This document shows, piece by piece, positions 1-7,871 of a DNA stretch of 39,722 nt. Origin of the DNA: a virus (taxonomy: Duplodnaviria; Caudoviricetes); IMG/VR virus record IMGVR_UViG_3300030012_002406, positions 1 through 39,722 of that record; one strand, 5' to 3'. Numbering within the stretch: position 1 is the first letter of the stretch; each line of letters starts with the position of its first letter. Position numbers and translations under genes: made by a program. The notes below the pieces were generated by a model, which did not search any database, was not told the DNA's origin, and was given only the letters and a program-made list of their open reading frames with translations.

Positions 1-128
1 TCATACTCTTGAATACTAGAGTATCTATTTAACATCTCTGATTCACTAGATGTAACTTGCTGCCAGATAAGGCTCTTACCATTATCTATATATAAGAAGC
101 CATTACGGTTAAATCCAAATACTTTCAT
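1..128 (-). CDS. Partial hypothetical protein running off the left edge (MKVFGFNRNGFLYIDNGKSLIWQQVTSSESEMLNRYSSIQEY...)
   Basis: Hand-translated: ATG at 128-126, open to the window edge, A-rich leader. Not in the supplied ORF track. Confidence 0.6.
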   Translation of the reverse strand, partial: MKVFGFNRNGFLYIDNGKSLIWQQVTSSESEMLNRYSSIQEY

Positions 129-189
129 ATTATTTAATTTAGTGTGTTTATAATTCTATTAAGTTGATTTAAACAGTTTACTCTGTTAG

Positions 190-227
190 ATTAAATAGAG
201 GTAACTTAGTTACGAGCTACCTCTATT
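190..227 (-). terminator. Stem-loop, terminator-like or processing stem
   Basis: AATAGAGGTA (194-203) / TACCTCTATT (218-227) is a perfect 10-bp inverted repeat. It extends to 13 bp with a G-U pair only on the minus strand. The U-tract is short. Confidence 0.5.
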
Positions 228-770
228 ATATTAAATATTCAATTAAGTTACCTATAAGACTTTGGCGGCTTCTTAATTTAATAACATCCTGCTTCATTAT
301 GCGTTATATACATAAATTGAATGCTATCTATTTAATTGAATTGGACAGTTTAAAGAGATGCTCAGCTCTTGTAATACCTATTCCCAACAAGTAATGAAGG
401 CACATCACTTGCCTTGGTTTGAATTATATTGATGACGGGTAAAATTCAAACAAATACCCCGGTTACTATCTCTATTATCCTATAGAGAGAGAACATAAGA
501 CTATAATAACAAGGGCTTCAAACCTTATGATCTAACACTGCTGTGGTTTTTAGTTATTATAGCTATATTATTTAATACGGTTCATTCCGTTAGGTCATGT
601 GGTGTTAAGTGGTAAAATGTGGTATTGTATACCTCATCTTTACACACTAACACACACAACTTTTTGCTGTGCAAAAATTATTTTGGGAGCAAAAAGATAA
701 AAAAGTTGCTGTATAGTTGCAGGTACAACTGTTCTTGTTAAGTTCAGGACCTGGATTGCTATATAAGCAG

Positions 771-807
771 GTAAAAAGCTACAGTAAGTTCCATGTTACC
801 GTAGCTT
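771..807 (-). terminator. Intrinsic terminator of the 838-1173 gene
   Basis: Minus strand reads AAGCTACGGTAA-CATGGAAC-TTACTGTAGCTT-TTT: a 12-bp stem with one G-U pair plus a U-run, ~30 nt after the stop codon. Confidence 0.7.
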
Positions 808-837
808 CCGTAAGACAAGCTAAAGCAAAAAGCAGAT

Positions 838-1173
838 TTATTTATCTGCCTTTGCTTTTATTGCTGTAAAGTATGAAGAGATTAATCTTGCACGGTAATA
901 GATTTTACCATCTGCACCTTCTATTTCTTTCTTGGTTAACTCAACAGGTACTCTTGTACCTGGAGGTAAGCCAAGAAATACTTCGGCCATTTTGGTTCCT
1001 TTCTTTAATGGAAGGATGCCAACTTTGCCGTCTGGATCAATGTTAAACATTGGTACATCTTTTAGAAAAGGAAACTCTTCATTACACTTTTTATTACCTT
1101 GCACATCTCTAACTACATTAGAGTCTGTTACTAATATTTGAGAACCGTGGTTCTTAATTTTGGTTGTTGCCAT
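838..1173 (-). CDS. Hypothetical protein, 111 aa; first gene of the leftward arm
   Basis: Protein-like composition, A-rich leader and a downstream terminator. Confidence 0.8.
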   Translation of the reverse strand: MATTKIKNHGSQILVTDSNVVRDVQGNKKCNEEFPFLKDVPMFNIDPDGKVGILPLKKGTKMAEVFLGLPPGTRVPVELTKKEIEGADGKIYYRARLISSYFTAIKAKADK

Positions 1174-1304
1174 AAGCTATTAATTTTAAATTTATTTAAG
1201 ATTTATATATGTTGGTCAGCATACAACCAGGGGGTAGTACACTGCCGGATTTTATTGGGGGAGCCAAAAACATAAACCCCATTAGAACCTTAAACACATT
1301 ATTT

Positions 1305-1340
1305 TTGCATTACCGGGGGAGTTTTTGTATATTAAATAGT
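1305..1340 (+). promoter_or_regulatory. Putative phage late-type promoter
   Basis: TTGC at 1305 and TTTGTATATTAAATAGT at 1324-1340, upstream of the first plus-strand gene. The same motif recurs in other intergenic gaps. Confidence 0.6.
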
Positions 1341-1400
1341 GAGGGGATCCTTTACAGAAGGGCAACTCAAAAATGAAATACTAATTTTAAAATAAAAATT

Positions 1401-2162
1401 ATGGCACTTAAAGCAGTACCAAGCGGTAAAAAATTTAATGGGTTAAGATCATTACCCACTAAGGTCAGAAATAAAATGGGTTATAAGAGGCGTGGAGGAA
1501 GATATCCAGGGGGCGGTTCTATAGCGGATGGTATGTATATGGGTAGGGAGGAAAATTTAGGTAGAAGAAGAATGAGAGCAGGCGGAACTAAAAGAAGATT
1601 GGCTTCGTATCAAGATATGGGAGAAATTAGAGATGAATTAATAGATGCAGGTCTAGATCCAGATGCGGTTGATACAGGAATGCAAAATTATCAAGTTACT
1701 GGAGACTTAAGCTCTGCTGTTGGTGCAGGCATGTATGGTAGCGGAAATATGATGCCTAATCCAAGTCCAATGCAAACATCTTTTGCAAGACCAGGATATA
1801 ATATGATGGGAATGTCAGGACCAGGAACTATGGGATTTAACTATATGGCACCTGGAATGATGGGGCCAGATCCAGCTTTAACTAGAATAGGAGATAGGTT
1901 TATGCGTAGAGCGGCTAGAAAAGAAGGTCGTGATCTAATGAGAGAGATGAGACAAGCTAGAAGAGCTGATAGGAGAGAAGAAAGACAAGCACGTAGAGCG
2001 GATAGAAGAGAAAATAGACAAGAAAGAAGAATGGATAGACGTATGGACAGACAAGCTAGAAAGATGGGTAGAATTAATGCTAGATCAGAGAGACAGCAAG
2101 CAAGACGTGATAGACGTATGGATAGAAAAAGAGACAGAATGTACAGAAGAAACATGATGTAA
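1401..2162 (+). CDS. Arg/Met/Gly-rich low-complexity basic protein, possibly an internal virion or DNA-binding protein
   Basis: 253-aa ORF with a basic N-terminus carrying xxGG motifs, an M/G/P-rich middle and an R/D/E-rich repeat C-terminus. Confidence 0.75.
   Translation: MALKAVPSGKKFNGLRSLPTKVRNKMGYKRRGGRYPGGGSIADGMYMGREENLGRRRMRAGGTKRRLASYQDMGEIRDELIDAGLDPDAVDTGMQNYQVTGDLSSAVGAGMYGSGNMMPNPSPMQTSFARPGYNMMGMSGPGTMGFNYMAPGMMGPDPALTRIGDRFMRRAARKEGRDLMREMRQARRADRREERQARRADRRENRQERRMDRRMDRQARKMGRINARSERQQARRDRRMDRKRDRMYRRNMM
1950..2081 (+). repeat. Degenerate 33-nt (11-aa) tandem repeat, four copies
   Basis: AGACAAG starts at 1950, 1983, 2016 and 2049, encoding RQARRADRREE / RQARRADRREN / RQERRMDRRMD / RQARKMGRINA. 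Confidence 0.8.
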
Positions 2163-2191
2163 CTATTTATTAACAATTAAAATTTAAAATT

Positions 2192-2377
2192 ATGCCAAGA
2201 AGAATGCGAGAAGCAGGAATGTCCTACGGTGGAGGAGGTTCCTATAATAGTAAATCTAAGAAGCCTAAAGGAATGTCCTACATGTATGGAGGTTCACATA
2301 TGGGAAATCCAGATCCAAGAATGGAAGCTGCAAGATTTAAAGGTTCGTCTTCCATGAAGAGAAGAAGAGGAATGTAA
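2192..2377 (+). CDS. Small basic Gly/Met-rich protein
   Basis: 61-aa ORF with an A-rich leader and an internal GMSY..GGS duplication. Confidence 0.7.
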   Translation: MPRRMREAGMSYGGGGSYNSKSKKPKGMSYMYGGSHMGNPDPRMEAARFKGSSSMKRRRGM

Positions 2378-2397
2378 AAGCTTAAATACTTAAAATT

Positions 2398-2709
2398 ATG
2401 TCAAAAGATCCTTTTAATGAAGAATCATCTGAAAAGATGAGTCTTGAAGAAAAAATAGAATATGAAAATCATATTGTAGAACAAGCGTTTGAAAACTCTT
2501 ATTTAGTTCTAACAAAAAAAGCTTCATTTGAGGATCTTTTAGATGTAAATGATAAGTATGGCTTAAAAGCAATTATGATATATAATCCAAGTGATGAGCC
2601 AGATGAAGATGTTTATAATGATACAATATATTATTATGAAGATTTAGAAGAATATGAAAAATGTGCAGAGTTGCTTAAGATTAAAAATAAAATATTTAAT
2701 AATGTATAA
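2398..2709 (+). CDS. Acidic hypothetical protein with a C-terminal UVR-like helical motif
   Basis: C-terminal YYEDLEEYEKCAELLKIK resembles the UvrB/UvrC (UVR) motif. Confidence 0.65.
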   Translation: MSKDPFNEESSEKMSLEEKIEYENHIVEQAFENSYLVLTKKASFEDLLDVNDKYGLKAIMIYNPSDEPDEDVYNDTIYYYEDLEEYEKCAELLKIKNKIFNNV

Positions 2710-3082
2710 CTATAATGCAAAGTGTGTAAAGGTAGTTGATGGTGATACAATAGATGCAATGATAGATCTAGGTTTTGGTGTACACGTTAAAAAAAGGATT
2801 AGACTTGCTGGTATTAATGCACCAGAGTCTAGAACTAGAAATAAAGTTGAAAAGAAACTAGGTTTGGCTGCAAAAGAAAGACTAATAGATATGTTAGATG
2901 GTGCAGCTAATTGTTTTGAATTAGAATCACAAGAACTAGGTAAATACGGCAGAGTTCTTGGTAGATTACATATAGATAAAATAGCAGGCAAAGACACAAT
3001 AACTAAAGTTTGTGTAAATGATTGTCTTGTAAAGGAAGGTTATGCCGTAGAATATGACGGTGGCAAACGTAAAACTTTTTAA
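2702..3082 (+). CDS. Thermonuclease (SNase-like) family nuclease
   Basis: Motifs VVDGDT, IRLAGINAPE, GKYGRVLG and VNDCLVKEGYA. Start moved to ATG 2702 (MYNYNAK), overlapping the previous stop. Confidence 0.9.
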   Translation: MYNYNAKCVKVVDGDTIDAMIDLGFGVHVKKRIRLAGINAPESRTRNKVEKKLGLAAKERLIDMLDGAANCFELESQELGKYGRVLGRLHIDKIAGKDTITKVCVNDCLVKEGYAVEYDGGKRKTF

Positions 3083-3083
3083 A

Positions 3084-3428
3084 ATGAATGAAAAAGTAAG
3101 AACATATCATGAAATAATTGTAGATAGTGATACGCTTATAGATACATCTGAATTTATATTTAATACTATAGCAAGAAGGAGAGGGGAGGCAGGAGCTAGA
3201 CAATTAAAAGAAGATAAATTAACACTAGCTGAATTAAGAAGTTTTTTAGCTGCACAAATTAAATTTACAGAACAAGTAGGTGGAACTGGTGATCCTAGAT
3301 TAAATCTACCTAACTGTCAATGTACAAATCCACCATCAAGGGGTTTTTGTAGATATGGAATGTGTATATGGGGAAGTTTAAATATAAATAAAGGATCAGG
3401 GAGTTTAACAATAACAATACCGTTTTAA
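3084..3428 (+). CDS. Hypothetical protein with a Cys-rich C-terminal part
   Basis: Probable start ATG 3084, directly after the nuclease stop; contains CQC...FCRYGMC. Confidence 0.65.
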   Translation: MNEKVRTYHEIIVDSDTLIDTSEFIFNTIARRRGEAGARQLKEDKLTLAELRSFLAAQIKFTEQVGGTGDPRLNLPNCQCTNPPSRGFCRYGMCIWGSLNINKGSGSLTITIPF

Positions 3429-3430
3429 TT

Positions 3431-3661
3431 ATGGGACATTTAAATAAAAGAAAAGTTACAAAGTCAAATGCTAAAATGCCTAAGAGTGTTTATAAAAAAG
3501 GAGGATCTACTAGCATGAAGTCTGTTAAGGCTCCTGCTGGCTTTCATTGGATGAAAAGTGGATCAGGATATAAATTAATGAAGCATACAGGCAAGTTTAA
3601 ACCACATAAAGGTGGATCACTTGTTGCTAAATTTAAAATACAGAAGGTACATAAAAAGTAA
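3431..3661 (+). CDS. Small Lys-rich phage protein
   Basis: 76 aa; contains YKKGG and VKAPAGFHWMK; TAATG coupling to the next gene. Confidence 0.75.
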   Translation: MGHLNKRKVTKSNAKMPKSVYKKGGSTSMKSVKAPAGFHWMKSGSGYKLMKHTGKFKPHKGGSLVAKFKIQKVHKK

Positions 3662-3951
3662 TGGCTAAGAGAAAAGATCCTAAAAAGGGGACTGGTAAAA
3701 AACCAAAAGGCAGTGGTAGAAGATTATATACTGATGAGAATCCAAAAGATACTGTTAGTATAAAGTTTGCTACACCAGCTGATGCTAGAGCAACTGTTGC
3801 TAAGGTTAAAAAAATCAGTAAACCTTATGCAAGAAAAATACAAATACTTACTGTTGGTGAACAGAGGGCAAAGGTTATGGGTAAGACACAAGTAGTAAGT
3901 ATATTTAAAAAAGGAAAAGAAGCAATTAGAAAAAAACATAAAAAAAAGTAA
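3661..3951 (+). CDS. Small basic phage protein
   Basis: 96 aa; GSGRRLYTDENPKDTV is of a type I recall from aquatic phage hypotheticals; translationally coupled. Confidence 0.75.
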   Translation: MAKRKDPKKGTGKKPKGSGRRLYTDENPKDTVSIKFATPADARATVAKVKKISKPYARKIQILTVGEQRAKVMGKTQVVSIFKKGKEAIRKKHKKK

Positions 3952-3952
3952 G

Positions 3953-4159
3953 ATGTCAGTATTAAAAAAAGTAAATGAAGACAAACAATATAAAAAAGGT
4001 GGCAGTAAGAAAGATGCATGTTACCATAAAGTAAAAGCAAGATATACTAGAAATGGAGGTACTTGGCCATCTGCTTATGGATCAGGAGCTTTAGTAAAGT
4101 GTAGAAAGGTAGGAGCTGCTAATTGGGGTAATTCTAAAAAGAAGAAAAAGAAAAAATAA
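3953..4159 (+). CDS. Small basic phage protein
   Basis: 68 aa; KDACYHKVK...WPSAY.SGALVKCRK; poly-Lys tail. Confidence 0.75.
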   Translation: MSVLKKVNEDKQYKKGGSKKDACYHKVKARYTRNGGTWPSAYGSGALVKCRKVGAANWGNSKKKKKKK

Positions 4160-4371
4160 TGGCTAAAGAAGGTTTACGTAAATGGTTTAGTAGGAACCAG
4201 GGTAAAGGTTGGATAGATTGTAAGACTGGTAAACCTTGTGGAAGAAAGTCTAGAACAGGATCTAAAAGACCGTATCCTGCTTGTAGACCTACTAAAGCAC
4301 AATGTACTTCTGCAGCTAGAAAAAAAACCAGTAAAAAAAGAATTAGTTGGAAAAAAAATAAAAAGAAATAA
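4159..4371 (+). CDS. Small basic Cys-containing phage protein
   Basis: 70 aa; GLRKWF...DCKTGKPCGR...YPACRP; TAATG coupling. Confidence 0.75.
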   Translation: MAKEGLRKWFSRNQGKGWIDCKTGKPCGRKSRTGSKRPYPACRPTKAQCTSAARKKTSKKRISWKKNKKK

Positions 4372-4372
4372 A

Positions 4373-4708
4373 ATGAGTCAAATATTAGCAGGCACAGATG
4401 TTGCACCAATATATGATGATAGAGAAAGAAAAGTACCAGGAATGTATGAATCATTCAAAAAAGGTGGTATGGCAGGCTGTACAATTAAAAATGGTTGTAA
4501 AAGTAAATCAGGAGGTCTTACAGCTAAAGGCCGTAAAATGATCAACCGTAAAACAGGATCTAATTTAAAACCACCTCAACCAGGAGGAGGACCACGTAAA
4601 AGATCTTTCTGTGCAAGGAATTTAGGTCAGATTAAAAAGTTTAATATAGATTGTAGGAAAACTCCTAAGAAAAGAGCATGTCTTGCAAGAAAAAAATGGA
4701 AATGTTAA
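4373..4708 (+). CDS. Small basic phage protein (possibly DUF6321-like)
   Basis: Probable start ATG 4373. GGLTAKGR...GSNLKPPQ...RKRSFCAR...ARKKWKC resembles DUF6321-type phage domains as recalled. Confidence 0.7.
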   Translation: MSQILAGTDVAPIYDDRERKVPGMYESFKKGGMAGCTIKNGCKSKSGGLTAKGRKMINRKTGSNLKPPQPGGGPRKRSFCARNLGQIKKFNIDCRKTPKKRACLARKKWKC

Positions 4709-4711
4709 GTT

Positions 4712-4927
4712 ATGTGGAAACTATTTAAAGATGAAAATGATATAAATGAAAAAGCTATAGTTGGCTTTGCATCATTTGTTTTAATGGTAATATTTGCTAT
4801 ATGTGATTTAATTACAGGATGGTGTGGTATGGAGCTAGTTATCAATGAAGTTATATATAATTCATTTGTTATTGTTACATTAGGAAGCTTTGGTATAAGC
4901 TCAATTGAGAAAATTAAAGGTAAATAA
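4712..4927 (+). CDS. Two-TM membrane protein, putative holin
   Basis: Hydrophobic segments AIVGFASFVLMVIFAI and VIYNSFVIVTLGSFGI, charged C-terminus, two genes upstream of the putative lysin. Confidence 0.6.
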   Translation: MWKLFKDENDINEKAIVGFASFVLMVIFAICDLITGWCGMELVINEVIYNSFVIVTLGSFGISSIEKIKGK

Positions 4928-4944
4928 AAAATATCTTAAACTTT

Positions 4945-4976
4945 TTTGATTTAAATTTAATTTATTTATATTTGCC
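4945..4976 (+). promoter_or_regulatory. Bacteroidota housekeeping-sigma promoter (-33 TTTG / -7 TAnnTTTG)
   Basis: TTTG at 4945-4948, an 18-nt spacer and TATATTTG at 4967-4974, 25 nt before ATG 5000. Confidence 0.7.
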
Positions 4977-4999
4977 ATTATTAATTAAAATTTTTTAAC

Positions 5000-5359
5000 A
5001 TGGCAAAAGAAACCAAAATTCCAAATCCTGCAGAAATGTCTCAGGCTGAAATGGAAAAGAAAAGAAAAGAGATACACTCTTACTACAAGAGTACAATTCC
5101 ATCTCTTAAGACTCAATTAGAATATGAAACTCTATTGAAAGATATAGAAAAAACGCGTGCTGAAAGACTGCAAGCTCAGATGTTTATTGCTCAAAGTATG
5201 GCAGGTCCAGCTAATGATGATATGCCTCCTGCACCTGAAAGTAAACCATCTATGCAACCAGATCTTAGTTCTGTTGAAGCTGCTGCAAGATCAGGAAAAA
5301 AAATGGCAGAAGATATTAAAAAAGATATGAAAAGAACTTTAAAACGCACAGAATCATGA
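5000..5359 (+). CDS. Hypothetical coiled-coil protein
   Basis: 119 aa with a helical N-terminal half; ATGA overlap with the next gene. Confidence 0.75.
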   Translation: MAKETKIPNPAEMSQAEMEKKRKEIHSYYKSTIPSLKTQLEYETLLKDIEKTRAERLQAQMFIAQSMAGPANDDMPPAPESKPSMQPDLSSVEAAARSGKKMAEDIKKDMKRTLKRTES

Positions 5360-5973
5360 TATATACCAGAGATCAAATAGAAGAGACTATGAAACAAAAG
5401 GGATATAGATACTTTGTTAAAGGTGACTATAATCTCAACGTAATTGGGATCAGAAACTCTTCAACAGGTTTTAAAGTTACAAATAGATTTGATGATTTAA
5501 TGACTTTATCTTATAAAGAAAATGGCAAATGGAAATTTCATACATTTGATTGTACAACAGATCCAGGTACTCATTGGGTTGAAAACATAATGAGAAAAGA
5601 AGGTGTTGCTGTACTAAAACCAGGTCAATATAGACATAGTCATAAAATTAGAAAACATCAAGGTAGATATGAAGCTCTTGGTCAGCAAAATCCTATGACA
5701 GTTTATAGAGATAATAATAGGGATAATAATTATGATCTAAATGATAATAATACGCAAACAGGGCTTTTTGGTATTAACATTCATAGAGCAACTAAATATG
5801 CTGGTAAAAAATCTAGTCAAGTAGATAAGTGGTCAGCAGGTTGTCAAGTGATTGCTTCTAATGATGATTGGAAATTATTTATGAAAATATGTAGAAAAGC
5901 TAGAGATACATGGAATAATAATTTTACATATACATTATTAGATAGTAAAGATATAGTTACTTCATGGCTGTAG
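5356..5973 (+). CDS. L,D-transpeptidase (YkuD)-like Cys enzyme, putative endolysin or cell-wall enzyme
   Basis: GINIH-x16-SAGCQV fits the YkuD H-x14-17-[S/T]xGC catalytic motif; also TTDPG and PGQY; lies near the holin-like gene. Confidence 0.65.
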   Translation: MIYTRDQIEETMKQKGYRYFVKGDYNLNVIGIRNSSTGFKVTNRFDDLMTLSYKENGKWKFHTFDCTTDPGTHWVENIMRKEGVAVLKPGQYRHSHKIRKHQGRYEALGQQNPMTVYRDNNRDNNYDLNDNNTQTGLFGINIHRATKYAGKKSSQVDKWSAGCQVIASNDDWKLFMKICRKARDTWNNNFTYTLLDSKDIVTSWL

Positions 5974-6326
5974 TTAATAAAGTAGATAAGAAAGTAAGAA
6001 TGAGTAAGGATATGGTAATAAAATATCAAATCCTTACTTATTGCTTTATGAATAATATACAAATAAGCTTATCTGATTTAAACTGTTTATTAGAATTATC
6101 TAAGCTTGATTCTATTGAGTTAACTAAATTTTGTGAATTAATATCTAATTCAGGTATATTTAAAAGCTCACAATCCTGTAGAAATGCTTTATCAAAAGCA
6201 GAAAAAAAAGAGTTGATAGTTAAGGAAGGAAAAAATAAAAAGATTATAAAGATAAATCCTGTAATGAATATACAAACTGAAGATACAATTTTGTTGGATT
6301 ATAAAATATTAAGTTTTGAATCCTAA
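5964..6326 (+). CDS. Putative winged-helix DNA-binding protein
   Basis: LSDLNCLLEL...SSQSCRNALSKAEKKELIVK followed by a beta-hairpin-like segment. Confidence 0.55.
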   Translation: MAVVNKVDKKVRMSKDMVIKYQILTYCFMNNIQISLSDLNCLLELSKLDSIELTKFCELISNSGIFKSSQSCRNALSKAEKKELIVKEGKNKKIIKINPVMNIQTEDTILLDYKILSFES

Positions 6327-6675
6327 GAAAAGTAAACAATTTTATAAAGAGGTAGCAGAAAAAGCAGATGTCCATAAAGATGTGGTTGCAGATTTAGTAT
6401 ATTTTTTTTATGAGAGATTTAGAAACAATTTATCTAATTTAACATCTAACAAAATATCATTGCCTAATTTAGGTACATTTACTTTACGTAAAAATAAACT
6501 AGAAAAAGCAATAAAAAGAAATAAAGATATTTTAGGTAATTTACAAAAGACTACATATAAAGGTTATGAAAAATCTGTAGCAGTAAAATTTAAGTTAGAA
6601 CAAATGGAGGAAGCTTTAACTAAAATAAATAATAATATAGAGAAGAAAAAATATTTTAAAAATGAGAATAAGTAA
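6316..6675 (+). CDS. HU/IHF-like DNA-binding protein
   Basis: Two N-terminal helices followed by KISLPNLGTFTLR (HU/IHF GxF signature); TTG start. Confidence 0.7.
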   Translation: MNPKKSKQFYKEVAEKADVHKDVVADLVYFFYERFRNNLSNLTSNKISLPNLGTFTLRKNKLEKAIKRNKDILGNLQKTTYKGYEKSVAVKFKLEQMEEALTKINNNIEKKKYFKNENK

Positions 6676-7054
6676 GTTAATTGGTGCATTAGGAAACCTT
6701 AAACAAATTTCTGAAGGTGTAAGAAATAAAATATTTAAGAAAGAGGATGTTGAAGCTGTAGCTAAATTAAGATGGCAAGAATGTAAGATTTGTCCTTTTT
6801 TAGATAAGGTAGGTAAAGCATGTGCAGTTAATGGAACACAACCTTGCTGTTCTGATTGTGGATGTAGTTTAAGTTTAAAGTTAAGGGCATTATCATCATC
6901 ATGCCCTAAAGGTAGATGGCCAGCAGTAATGCCTAGTAATATAGAAAATATACTTAAACAACAAATAGTTATTGATGAGAAAAAGGAGCATGATGAAAAA
7001 ATAAAACAAATGAGTAAAAATTTAAAACTTAGAGAAAATGACAGTAATATTTAA
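6662..7054 (+). CDS. Cys-rich putative metal-binding protein
   Basis: CKICP...C...CCSDCGC...CPKGRW. Confidence 0.7.
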   Translation: MRISKLIGALGNLKQISEGVRNKIFKKEDVEAVAKLRWQECKICPFLDKVGKACAVNGTQPCCSDCGCSLSLKLRALSSSCPKGRWPAVMPSNIENILKQQIVIDEKKEHDEKIKQMSKNLKLRENDSNI

Positions 7055-7871
7055 AGAGGATGGTCATATATATGAAAGTTTAAATGAAGATCTTTCAAAA
7101 GATGCAATTAAATGGACTAGTGTTACATCTTTTGTTGGTTTATTTAAACCCAAGTTTAATGCTGAAGCACAAGCAAAAAAATCATCTAAAAATAAAAGAT
7201 CTAAATGGCATGGTATGACACCAAAAGAAATACTAGCAGCTTGGGATGGTGAATCTCAAAGAGCTATTGAACTTGGTAACTGGTATCATGATCAAAGAGA
7301 AAAAAATTTATGTGAGTTTAAAACTATAGAAAGAGATGGGGTAGTTGTTCCTATTGTTAGACCTATAGTAGATGGTAGTGGCACTAAGATTGCACCAGAT
7401 CAAAAAGTTTCTGACGGTGTATATCCAGAACATTTTGTTTATCTTAAATCTTTAGGTATATGTGGTCAAGCTGATTTAGTAACTATAGTTAATAATCAAA
7501 TACATATTATTGATTATAAAACTAATAAAGAAATTAAAGAAAAAGGATTTACTAATTGGGAAGGTATAACATCTAAAATGTATAATCCTGTAAGCCATTT
7601 AGATGATTGTAATCTTAATCATTATAATTTGCAGTTAAGCTTATATGCTTACATAATAAAAAAGCATAATCCTAAACTAAAGATAGGTAAATTACAAATA
7701 CAACATGTAAAGTTTAAAAAGATAGGTGATAATAAACATGGGTATCCTATTACAGAAAAGAATGAGCAAGGTGAACCTATAATAGAAGATATTAAAATAT
7801 ATACATTAAAGTATTTAAAAGATGAAGTGCAAAGTATAATTAAATGGCTAAAAGATAATCCACAATGCTAA
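7038..7871 (+). CDS. PD-(D/E)XK (RecB/Cas4-like) nuclease
   Basis: SVTSF, GNWYH, E...ICGQADLV...IIDYKT and YNLQLSLY motifs. Confidence 0.88.
   Translation: MTVIFKEDGHIYESLNEDLSKDAIKWTSVTSFVGLFKPKFNAEAQAKKSSKNKRSKWHGMTPKEILAAWDGESQRAIELGNWYHDQREKNLCEFKTIERDGVVVPIVRPIVDGSGTKIAPDQKVSDGVYPEHFVYLKSLGICGQADLVTIVNNQIHIIDYKTNKEIKEKGFTNWEGITSKMYNPVSHLDDCNLNHYNLQLSLYAYIIKKHNPKLKIGKLQIQHVKFKKIGDNKHGYPITEKNEQGEPIIEDIKIYTLKYLKDEVQSIIKWLKDNPQC

Noticed and set aside
230-840. tRNA genes in the non-coding stretch
   Set aside because: I found no cloverleaf with properly spaced D and T-loop (GTTCRA) signatures by eye; tRNAscan-SE or ARAGORN would confirm.
932-1141. Plus-strand 69-aa ORF
   Set aside because: It is the antisense shadow of 838-1173, which has the leader and terminator.
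7038-7871. Cas4 as part of a CRISPR system
   Set aside because: There is no repeat-spacer array or other cas gene; solo PD-(D/E)XK nucleases are common in phages.
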